A DNA stretch of 20,000 nucleotides, from the NCBI RefSeq assembly GCF_004010195.1, contig NC_057719.1:25111038-25131037 (forward strand), given 5' to 3'. A program made the translations under genes and the position numbers. Shown here piece after piece: positions 10,741-19,501 of this stretch. The stretch comes from Chiloscyllium plagiosum. Lineage: Eukaryota. Under the pieces are notes generated by a model. It saw only the letters and a program-made list of their open reading frames with translations, was not told the DNA's origin and did no database searches. Within the stretch, counting starts at the first letter, position 1. Each line of letters begins with the position of its first letter.

Positions 10741-11320
10741 TGGAGTAAAGTGGATTTTGTGTCCTTGGTGTTGTCTTTTGCGATTCTTAGATTGCCCTTG
10801 ATACTGTAGAACCCTGATTAAGAAGGTCAGGTTTTTGTAGGGGAGTTTCACCCTTTTAATAGCTGGCTCCAAATGTCGGCAAAGCTTTTTTTTTGAGTAA
10901 GACTAAAATTGCAAATATCTTAACGGAGTTCCTTGAATTGGCTGTCCACTGTTTTAAAAGATAGACTTTTGGTGTCAGGTTCATACTTAGAAATATTGAG
11001 GACATCTTGTTTTGAAAATCATGTTCTGTGATTGTAGGCAATTAACTCTACTTCCAGCTTCAAGCCATGGTGGTCAGCACAAGACGTCTTTTAATACTTT
11101 TATTTTGTATTTTACATGCTTGTTTGCCCATTAGGACCGAAATGGGCTGCATCTTTGGCAGAACCTGCAAAATGAAAACAGTTTGTTGTTTTAATTGTCC
11201 AGCATGTATTTATTGCAAATCCTAATTTTAATTCTTGTTCTTGTGGCTTGAGGAATAAAATGTTTGAGAATTTTTTCAATAATGTTTTTCTCATAATTTT
11301 ATTGCTTTGCGGCTGTCTAT

Positions 11321-11358
11321 TTCTATTTTTCTCTAATTTATTTTATTTTTTTTTCTAG
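11321..11358 (+). promoter_or_regulatory. 3' splice site: candidate branch point and polypyrimidine tract
   Basis: CTCTAAT at 11331-11337, then TTATTTTATTTTTTTTTCTAG ending at 11358. Confidence 0.8.
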
Positions 11359-11383
11359 GAAAAGGGGCATAGATGTTGTACAG
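11359..11383 (+). CDS. ITPK1: 25-nt internal coding microexon of inositol-tetrakisphosphate 1-kinase (phase 2 to phase 0)
   Basis: tttctag|G AAA AGG GGC ATA GAT GTT GTA CAG|gtgagt = (R)KRGIDVVQ. Human ITPK1 residues 32-40 are RKRGMEVVQ and, as I recall, are encoded by a 25-nt exon of the same phase. Consensus acceptor and donor sites. Confidence 0.85.
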
Positions 11384-12136
11384 GTGAGTTGCATTATCTT
11401 CATTCCAGGTGCTGCCTTTTGTTTGATCTGTTGATTCATTCGGAGAAGGTAACAGTATGTTTATTTGAATGATGTATCAAGGGAAAGCTATATAGTTGGT
11501 GTGCTGAGGCCTTTTCATGATTGCTTTACAAGTGGGATTGTGGCTAACATTTTAAAGTGTGTCGGGGGTTCGTGAGGAGTTGAGGGAGGAGAAACCGGAC
11601 AACTTGATGGAGTTAAAAATGTTGTGGATAAAAGAGTATTAATGTTCTTCTGAGCTCTTCAATGGTGTTTTTGTGTGTGTGAGGGAGTTGTGAGAATCCC
11701 TTGACTTTGTTGCTTGAAATATTAATCTTGATCCTACAGAGGAACCCACTGGGCTCAAATGTGCTCCCCAAAATATTGTAACTTTAAACTTAGAAATAAT
11801 AGTCATCACTTCTATGTGACTGAAGTGCTCTGTGTTACTTAAAAGGAAGAGGAGGTGGAGGAAGTATTCTGCATATTTTCATTGACAGGATCATTTATTT
11901 TGTGCATATTATTGTTTATATAAATGGAAGAAAATTGCATTTAATCCAAGGGAGATCATCCCACTAGTTTAGACTTGATTGATAGTGTTGAAGTGGAAGT
12001 ATTTCATTTAACTTTTTGATGTCCTTTCTGCTTGTAATGTTTAATGACCATCACTAAGAACCGGACTTCAGTTTTTAATACGGCATATATATTTATGCTT
12101 TATCAATGTCATCATTATCTGCAGTAAAGGGCAACC

Positions 12137-12235
12137 ATATGTTTAGATTACAACAGCGATAATATGTCAAAAGTAATTAATTAGGTGTAGAATACTTTGG
12201 GACTCCCTAAGATTGTGTTATATAAACCAAAAGTC
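12137..12235 (+). mobile_element. Degraded 3' tail of a Deu-domain (SacSINE1-like) SINE
   Basis: ATTACAACAGCGA...TCAAAAGTAATTAATTAGGTGTAGAATACTTTGGGAC...TATATAAA resembles the recalled tail consensus. Confidence 0.45.
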
Positions 12236-12253
12236 ATGATTGTTGCATCGTCA

Positions 12254-12307
12254 CTCTCTCTGTCTCTCTGTCTCTCTGTCTCTCTGTCTCTCTGTCTCTC
12301 TGTCTCT
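12254..12307. repeat. (TGTCTCTC)n octamer microsatellite, about 6 units
   Basis: Directly visible. Confidence 0.95.
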
Positions 12308-12309
12308 AC

Positions 12310-12428
12310 ACTGCTCTGCTGCCCTGACGCACTTTGCATGGTATCATCTACCAGAATAACACACAAAGCAGCACTTCGCACTGTCTCTCCATACATGTGA
12401 CATTAATAAATCCATTAGTCAATCAGTC
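12310..12428 (+). mobile_element. Possible LINE 3' UTR remnant (Rex/Babar-like)
   Basis: CACTGT....CATACATGTGACATTAATAAA followed by a degenerate (AATC/AGTC)n tail. Confidence 0.4.
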
Positions 12429-12780
12429 TGCTATGCTATGGAGATTTTGTTTGTATTTGCTGATGCAACTGAGAAAGTTTTAACTCCCAAAACCAGATGG
12501 AGTTGGGTCAGCTGAGATCTCTAACATACTGAAAATCTCCCATATCTAACCTCAACTTGCCTTCATCCCTCCCAGCTATGGTTTTAAAGACTCTGAATTA
12601 TGAAACTGCTTTCAACTATTTTAATGAGGTTACGTGTGTCTGGTTTAGCTCTGTTTTTACATTTTACACATGTCAGTTTGGTTAAGTAAGTGCCTTTTGG
12701 AGCACGGCTTCTGGGTGAGAAGGAGGATGAGTGACTGAGTGTAAACTGCTTTAGACATGAGTCATTTTAAAAAAAAAAAA

Positions 12781-12943
12781 ATCATTTGTGGGATGTGTGC
12801 ATCATTGGCTGGGTTGGCAGTTATTGCCTGTGCCTAGTTGCCCTGAGAAGGTGGTGGTGAGCTGCTTTCTTGAACTTCTGCAGTTCACCTGCTGTGGGTT
12901 GACCCACAATGACATTATGGAGGGATTCCCAGCATTTTGACCA
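12781..12943 (-). mobile_element. 3' end of a CR1/L2-group LINE (same family as 1181-1636)
   Basis: Minus strand reads SKCWESLHNVIVGQPTAGELQKFKKAAHHHLL (W.SL...FK terminal motif). Confidence 0.7.
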
Positions 12944-13760
12944 AATAATGTTCCCCTTCCTTTATACATGACTTCCTACCAATCTGGCTTTCCAATTCCC
13001 CTTGTTGTTTCAGCCACCCCCACCAGCCTCCATTCCTTGTGTTGTTTGAGCAAGAGAGGATGCAGCCACACAGTTGCTGCAGCCTGGTGTCAATAACGTA
13101 CCCATATAATAGCCAACAATCTCTCCATCAAGAGGGAAAACATTTAAATCCAGTCCTGTTGTTACATTTAGCACCTGGCTCTGAGTTTGTCTTCTAAGAG
13201 TACAATCACTAATGAAAATTGTTTTAGTCACTGCAGTGTCTAGGTAGGAATTTCTATGATATTCTGTCCATTTGATCTGCAAAATACAATGTCTGTAATT
13301 TTATGGGTGGAGAGACTGAAGGACAATGGAAAGGGAGCTAGTGTTTTAAGAGTTTGAGCTTTCTAGGGATGTATCAGCTTTTGCAGGTTTTGTAATTTGT
13401 TCTGCCCCATTAGACAACAGTCCTATGTTCAGACTTTGAAAGATTTACATAACTGATGAAGGAAGCAATTTGGTGCCTTCATTTGCAATGGTTTTCCCAT
13501 TTTGTCTATACCATTTAGAAGACAGCAACTAATTTGTCATTGTCCTCTTTATACACTTCTATCATGGAATCTCGTGTGGAATATGGTGCTTCCAAACTGA
13601 GTGGGGTGAATGTGCTGCTGGGTTTAAGAGCTCACATCTCCTGCATAGCATCGATTCACTGGGATTTGACTTCCCTTCATGTGTTCCTCTAGTGCTGACT
13701 GAAATGTCATTTAAACTGGGAAGTTGGAAAAAGAAAATACTCAGAAACTTTGCCATTTTT

Positions 13761-14088
13761 AAGAAGATTTGTAGCAGAGGTTGAGGTTTAGATTGTAAGT
13801 TGCTCTCTGAGCTGGAAGGTTTGTTTTCAGATGTTTCATCACCATACTAGGTAACATAATCTGTGAGCCCTCTGGTGAAGCGCTGGTGTTCTGTCCAGCT
13901 TTCTATTTATGTCTTGATCTGTAGTGGTTGATGATTATTATTTCCCACCTTAACAAACCAAGACACACAAATAGAAAGCAGGACAGAACACCAGCGCTTA
14001 ACCAGAGGGCTCACAGATGATGTTACCTAGTATGGTGACGAAACATCTGAAAACAAACCTTCCAGCTCAGCGAACAATCTTACAACCT
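13761..14088. mobile_element. Short fold-back PLE pLTR (family C): arms ~13790-13933 and ~13944-14088
   Basis: Arms are reverse complements and homologous to 2917-3070 and 8121-8262. HHR-like TCA-CAGATGA-T-GTTACC-TAGTAT-GGTGAC-GAAA-CATC-TGA at 14011-14050. No TSD found. Confidence 0.9.
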
Positions 14089-14599
14089 GCACTCACTTGT
14101 TCTGTTTCTGTGCAGAAATGAATGCAAAACAATAGCGTGTTTCTTTATTAATGTATAATAGGTTCAAAGCTCTTCTGAATGTGTGGCTGATATGTGTGGA
14201 GACCCAATAGTTAATCTCATCATACCTAGATCTAGCAAGCAGCAGTAAGATGAATGACCAGTGTTTTGTTGTGGTTGCTTTAGTAAAAGATGAATGTTGG
14301 TCAATACTTGTGCCAGTATTTCAAATGCAGTGAAAATTGAGACCGGCATTTATCATAGAATATCATTGTCATTGGCCTGTGCCAGACCTTTTGTCCCATT
14401 AAACACTCGACCCCACTCATTCCCCATAATGTCTGTCATGGCCATAGGATGTCCCAAAGCACATTTAAGGTCAATCAATTTAAAAAGGAGGAAGAGAGAC
14501 AAAGTCAGAGACCACATGGGAAGTGATTCAAATGACAGAGAAACCAACACTGCTTCTTGATTCAGCAGTGAATCTGCACAGCCATGGCATCTGCTGTTT

Positions 14600-14983
14600 A
14601 CTGGAGGGCATAGGTTTAAGGTGAGAGGGGAAAGATTTAAAACGTACCTAAAGGGCAACTTTATCACGCAGAGGGTGGTGCATGTATGGAATGTGCAGCC
14701 AGAGGAAGTGATGGAGGCTGGCACAATTACAACACTTAAAAAGCACCTGGATGGGTATATGAATAGGAAGGGTTTAGAGCGATTATCAGCCAAGTGCTGG
14801 CAAATGGGACTAGATTAATTTAGAATATCTTGTCTTGATGAACAACACGGACAGAAGGATCTGTTTATGTAGGTAAAACAATGACTGCAGATGCTGGAAA
14901 CCAGATTCTGGATTAGTGGTGCTGGAAGAGCACAGCAGAAACTAATCCAGGATCTGTTTATGTGCTGTACATCTCTATGACTC
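14600..14983 (+). mobile_element. 5'-truncated CR1/HER1-type LINE 3' end, interrupted at 14871-14948
   Basis: ORF 14621-14818 (RGERFKTYLKGNFITQRVVHVWNVQPEEVMEAGTITTLKKHLDGYMNRKG). Tail GCTGTACATCTCTATGACTC. Homologous to 19502-19800. Confidence 0.9.
14871..14948 (-). mobile_element. 78-bp PLE pLTR-end insertion (family B-related) with a 15-bp TSD
   Basis: AGGATCTGTTTATGT at 14856-14870 and 14949-14963. GACTGCAGATGCTGGA...GTGGTGCTGGAA is the reverse complement of the family B tail (10141-10185). ACTAATCCAG (14941-14950) is inverted to 14908-14917. Confidence 0.85.
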
Positions 14984-15009
14984 AAGTACTTAAGTGTATT
15001 TAATGCTGT

Positions 15010-15262
15010 ACACACAGCACACACTCTCTCAAACAACAGTGTGGTGATGACTGAATAATTTGTACTTTGAACATGTTGACTGAGAGAGAATTATTGAGCA
15101 GGACTTTAGGGATAACACCACAGCTATTCTTTAACATAATATCATGAAATCTTTGCATCTATTTGAAAGAGCATGCAGCATCTGAGTTTACTATCTCCTC
15201 TGAAAGATGGCACTTGCTCGTAATGCCCTGGAGTGTAAACTCCTTTTTTATGTCCAAGTCTG
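15010..15262 (-). mobile_element. Degraded Deu-domain (SacSINE1-like) SINE; head probably resumes at 15838-15885
   Basis: Ordered similarity to the recalled Deu domain: CAGGAC...GGGATAACACC, CATGAAATCTTT, TCTCCTCTGAAAGATGGCAC, CTGGAGTGT...CAAGTCT. CTTGAACCTACAACCTTCTGA at 15855-15875 looks like the antisense B-box region. Confidence 0.55.
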
Positions 15263-15271
15263 TGTATGTGC

Positions 15272-15640
15272 TGTGGAATCAGCCAGTATCAGTTAATGGT
15301 TGGGGTAGAATATTGCTACTGCTTCTTCGTTCCAAACAGGGCTTCAGGGTTACAGTGGTAAGAATTAGCCACCAATGAATCTTAACAAGAAGAGGCATTT
15401 ATCTTAACAACAAGATGTGGTTTATTGCATGATAACAATAGGTGCACATTACATTGGCTAGTTAGGTATTTAGGCAATGGCTAGTTTCCAATTAGCCCTA
15501 GCAATAACAATGAGACAGCTGACACTGTTGGGATAGTGAAATAGACACTGCTTTTCTCCACCAAAAACTGTATGACATCATCAGATTGGATGGAACTTAA
15601 TGCAGTCTCCAACATTAACCCTTTCAATACCATTGCAACA
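15272..15640 (-). mobile_element. Candidate solo LTR or unclassified insertion
   Basis: Block bounded by TGT...ACA that interrupts the Deu-SINE, with a minus-strand AATAAA (TTTATT 15421-15426). No TSD confirmed. Confidence 0.3.
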
Positions 15641-15643
15641 CAA

Positions 15644-15810
15644 TTAAAAATCACACAACACCAGGTTATAGTCCAACAGGTTTAATTGGAAGCACACTAG
15701 CTTTCGGAGCGTCGCTCCTTCATCAGGTGGTTGTGCCACTTGGTGCAGGAGCGGCGCTCTGAAAATTAGTGTGCTTCCAATTAAACCTATTGGACTATAA
15801 CCTGGTGTTG
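15644..15810. mobile_element. Short fold-back PLE pLTR (family A): arms ~15657-15730 and 15736-15810, 5-nt loop
   Basis: Near-identical to 34-123. The arms align as reverse complements with 8 mismatches. Confidence 0.92.
15695..15729 (-). ncRNA. Minimal type I hammerhead ribozyme motif, intact
   Basis: Minus strand reads CAC-CTGATGA-A-GGAGC-GAC-GCTCC-GAAA-GC-TA-GTG, with a perfect 5-bp stem II and a predicted CUA cleavage triplet. Confidence 0.82.
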
Positions 15811-17298
15811 CTGTGTCTTTGTTGCAATGTTAAAAATCAGAGTCTTGGACTGGTTCTTGAACCTACAACCTTCTGATTTGCGCCTAGCTGATCCAGAGGG
15901 GATACAATTCTGTTTGTGATATAGGGTGGTTAATTTGTTTTTCTGCTGCGGTCTTATATTTGTTTGTGCATTATGGCTGGAAGTATTGGTGGGAGTGCTG
16001 TTTTTTGTTTGTAAACAGTCTATTTTTAACTCTCGCTTTATTGTGCAGATGTTGTGACTGCCTCTGGGCTCCCCTTGAGCAATGAGAAGTTCTCTGCTGC
16101 AGTGTGGCAATAGACCTGGGGCAGAACCACTGGGTGATACTTTAACTTTTTTGATTGCATTGGGAAGCTCGAAGCTTTTAACCCACTTTGCTGCCTGAAT
16201 CTTTCACCACATGGCTAATGGTTCAAATAGTTACTGATATCCTGGACAAGGACAATGTTGTTAATGTATTCACTGATGCTTCATGTTTGGTGAATACATC
16301 GGCTGCTGGTTATGTTTGTTAGTTCAGATTATAACATTCCTGGATCTGCACATTGGCACATTAGGGGAAGCTGGGCTAGATGCAGGTTTATGTTTACATC
16401 ACAGCAGCATGTTTATCTACCAACTCCTTAGACATAAAGATTCACAGTTTTTCATCATTTATTAAGCGATTTTGTTTTTCACACCATAGAGTCATAGTCA
16501 TTATTTGAGACACTGTGGTTTAACTCTTGCTTTATTGTGCAAAAGTTATCACGACAGTTTTGCTAGCCGCTTTGTGTAGTTTATTGTACAGGTACTGTCA
16601 AGATGCTGTACAATGTGAAAACTCTAGCAGCTGATGGCTGTCTTTTCCAATGGATAATTCCAGTACTCCTCTATAGAAATGCTCACTTCACTGAAAAGCC
16701 AGGAGGAGAAACTGTCACGAAGGAAAATAATTTGTTCAAATAACAGATCCTGCTTGTGATTTCTTGAAAAGGGCTGTTGTTTTAGGACTCAAGCACAAGT
16801 CGCATAGAATTCTTTTCATTGTAAGTTTGAATCCGTGGAAAATTTAAAAAAAAAAAACTGGGTGTGTTTCTGAATGGATGCTGATCATTTGATAGAAAGT
16901 TAGTTAATGGCACCTTGCTTTGTTACTGTCAGAGAGACATTTTGTAAATAGGAGCTATCACCCTTGACCTTTTTAGAATCCTGTCAGACCTGCTCCGTGT
17001 TTTTAATTTCAAGTTCCTGCATCTGTTGCTCACTTATTATTTCTTCCATTCTCTTGGTGTTCATCTTTCTCCATCCCTTGCTTAATTATCGTCACCCATT
17101 TTGTTTCATGAAATGATATTTACGTCAGCCTTCTGCTGCCCCACTTTCTTCCCACATTTTCAAAAAAACTTTCTTCCTGGCCAGACCCATAAGTTTTTCC
17201 TTAGGAATTAACTTTGTTGACTCAATTTCTCCCTTCTTTGTTTTGTTTCTCCACCCATGTTCCCTTTGTTTCACTCCATCCCATTTAACTGCAAATAG

Positions 17299-17438
17299 CA
17301 TAGAGTCAAGAGTCAGAGATGTACAGTATGGAAACAGACCCTTCAGTCCAACTTGTCCATGCTGATCAGGCAACCTAAATTAATCTAGTCCCATTTGCCA
17401 GTATTTGGCCCATATCCCCCTCAACCCTTCCTGTTCAT
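17299..17438 (-). mobile_element. Short CR1/HER1-type LINE 3' tail
   Basis: Direct homology to 19502-19633 (GAGATGTACAG.ATGGAAACAGACCCTTC.GTCCAAC). Confidence 0.88.
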
Positions 17439-17612
17439 GCAGCTGCCTGAAGATTAACACTGATGCCTTAAAAAGGGCATTAAGCAAGTCTGAGCGAGAC
17501 GTGAATTTAAGATTATATTTCTGAGCTCAGGGGAACAGGGGTGGGCTGATGCTGACATGAGTATGCCAACTGATACTAGCCAGTTAGCCTGTTTCTGCAT
17601 TCAAAATTCTTT

Positions 17613-18675
17613 GAGATGGTAGCTCAGTGATTAGCACTGCTGCCTCTCAGCACCAGGGACCCGGGTTTGATTCCATGCTCTGGTTACTGTGTAAATTTCA
17701 CACAGACATTCTCCGTATTTGCATGGGTTTCCTCACATTAGGTGGATTGGCCATGCTAAATTGCCCATAGGGTCGAGGACTGTGCAGGCTAGGGATAGCG
17801 TGTGGGTGGGATGTTCTTCAGAGGGTCAGTTAGATTTGATGGCCAAATGGTACCGAGAGATAAATGGGAGGGAATAGGGCCTGGAGAGAAAGTAGCTGGG
17901 AATGCAATAGGCAAAGAAGGTGGGGGTGAAAGTGATCAATGGAGCAGATAGATGGGAAGGAAGATGGGCAGGTAAGAACATTCAAGAGGGTGGTGCCGAG
18001 TTGGAAGGTTGGGATTGTGACATGGTGGGGGGGTGGAAATGAGGAAACTGGTGAAATGCATATTGACCCCATGTGGTTGGAGAGTCCCAAAGCGCAAGAT
18101 GAGGCATTCTTCCTTCAGGCATCAGGTGGTTTGGGTTTGGCAATGGAGGAGACCCAAGACCTGCATGTCCTTGGGGGAGTTAAAGTGTTCAGCCACCCCA
18201 ACCCTAACCACCTGAGGCCTGGAAGAAGAACACCACATCTTCCGCCGTGGCACTCTCCAAACACATGGGATCAAATGTGGATTTCACCAGGTTGCTCATT
18301 TCCCCTCCTCTCATCTAATCCCAGTCCCAATCTTCCAACTCTGCACCACCCTCTTGAACAGTCCTACCTGTCCATCTTCCTTCCCCACCTATCATTTTCA
18401 CCCCACCTTCATCTACGTATCGCATTCCCAGCTTCCTTCCTGCTCTTCCCCCACTCCCAAATATCTCTCAGCCACCTTGGGCCACAAGCCTCATTTCTGA
18501 TGAAGGGCTTATGCCTGAAACATGCACACTCCTGCTCCTTGGATGCTGCTTGACTGGCTGTGCTTTTCCAGCACCACACTGTTGGACTCTGATCTCCAGC
18601 ATCTGCAGTCCTCACTTTCTCCTAGACTTGATGGGCTAAATGGCCTGCTTCCACACTGTAGGGATTCTTTGACTC
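17613..18675 (+). mobile_element. HE1-type SINE split into 17613-17850 and 18623-18675 by a PLE insertion
   Basis: A box TAGCTCAGTGAT (17620-17631) and B box GGGTTTGATTCC (17663-17674). Partly deleted V-domain. Tail GGCCTGCTTCCACACTGTAGGGATTC resumes after the insert. Confidence 0.85.
17851..18622. mobile_element. Fold-back PLE (family B): arms ~17855-18140 and 18198-18469, endonuclease C-terminus, HHR and tail; ~20-bp imperfect TSD
   Basis: TAGATTTGATGGCCAAATGG (17831-17850) versus TAGACTTGATGGGCTAAATGG (18623-18643). Minus arm reads VAEHFNSPKDMQVLGLLHCQTQTT*CLKEECLILRFGTLQPHGVN, a PLE endonuclease C-terminal pattern. HHR CTGATGA-A-GGGC-TTAT-GCCT-GAAA-CATG at 18497-18524 lacks an NUH triplet. 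Confidence 0.88.
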
Positions 18676-18852
18676 GATCTCAACTGCCAGCCCTAAAGAA
18701 GGATTTTCACTTCCTGTCAATCACTCCTCGTGCACAGCTGTACGTTTTCCATTTTGATTTCAGCTTTTTAACATTTAGATTTCTTCCTTCCTCATTCAAG
18801 TTCCAAAACTTGGAAGTCATAAACAAGAACAAAAGAAAACTTAAAATATCTG

Positions 18853-18950
18853 GTTCTGGTGAAAGGCCATTGATGTAAAATGTTACTTGCATTTCTCTCT
18901 GCTGATACTGCCTGACCCACTGAGGGTTTTCCAGATTTTTTTTATTGTAT
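18853..18950 (+). mobile_element. Degraded PLE pLTR remnant with decayed HHR
   Basis: CTGGTGA-AAGGCC-ATTG-ATGT-AAAA-TGTT then TTTCTCTCT..GATACTGCCTGACC..CTGAG..TTTTCCAG, similar to 2268-2359 and to the family B tail. Confidence 0.5.
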
Positions 18951-19501
18951 TCTGGCAGAGTACATTGACAGGGCTATGAGCAAACCTGAGAGAGCTTCCC
19001 AACATCTGAAGATGGATGTGTTTTGTTTGGAACCTTTCCAAGCTGGCAGTGCTTGTGTTTGTATTGATTTAGGGTAAAGCCTGGAGGTAAATGTTTGTAG
19101 CTTTAAAGTGTTGACAATAACCATCTCACTATGTGAACTTTAGCCGAGAACCTCTTGGGACATTAAAATTACCTTTCATTTTCTCATTCTAATCTCTTCA
19201 ACTCCTTGAGATCTTCTACAAAGTAAACTGTTCCATTTATACTTGGTTTACTCCATATTGTCAGTACATATTCTCTTTGTCTTTGAGCCTAAAAGACCGC
19301 TCAGACCAAAATAATACATGGTATTTCCTTTAACTTAAAATCTGAATCACTGCTTTAAAATATTAACCATTTGCTACAAGTTAAGAAAGTGATCAAAGAG
19401 TGGCCAGTGGAGAAGATCTTCTATTTTAGAGTCGGGTCTTAGCTTGAAATTTTTGGGAAGTGAAATAAAAATAATTCATACAATGTGGATGCAACAAGAT
19501 T

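Noticed and set aside
14353..14793. 146-aa minus-strand ORF
   Set aside because: Largely the antisense of the CR1 fragment plus flank, with no splice or motif support.
16283..16465. ORF containing LDL..., considered as the next ITPK1 exon
   Set aside because: No QGP.DVIIHK motif and no suitable acceptor; no other ITPK1 exon was found in the window.
17939..18553. Longest ORF (204 aa, + strand)
   Set aside because: It runs across both arms of a fold-back PLE, antisense in one arm and out of frame in the other, with no recognisable protein motif.
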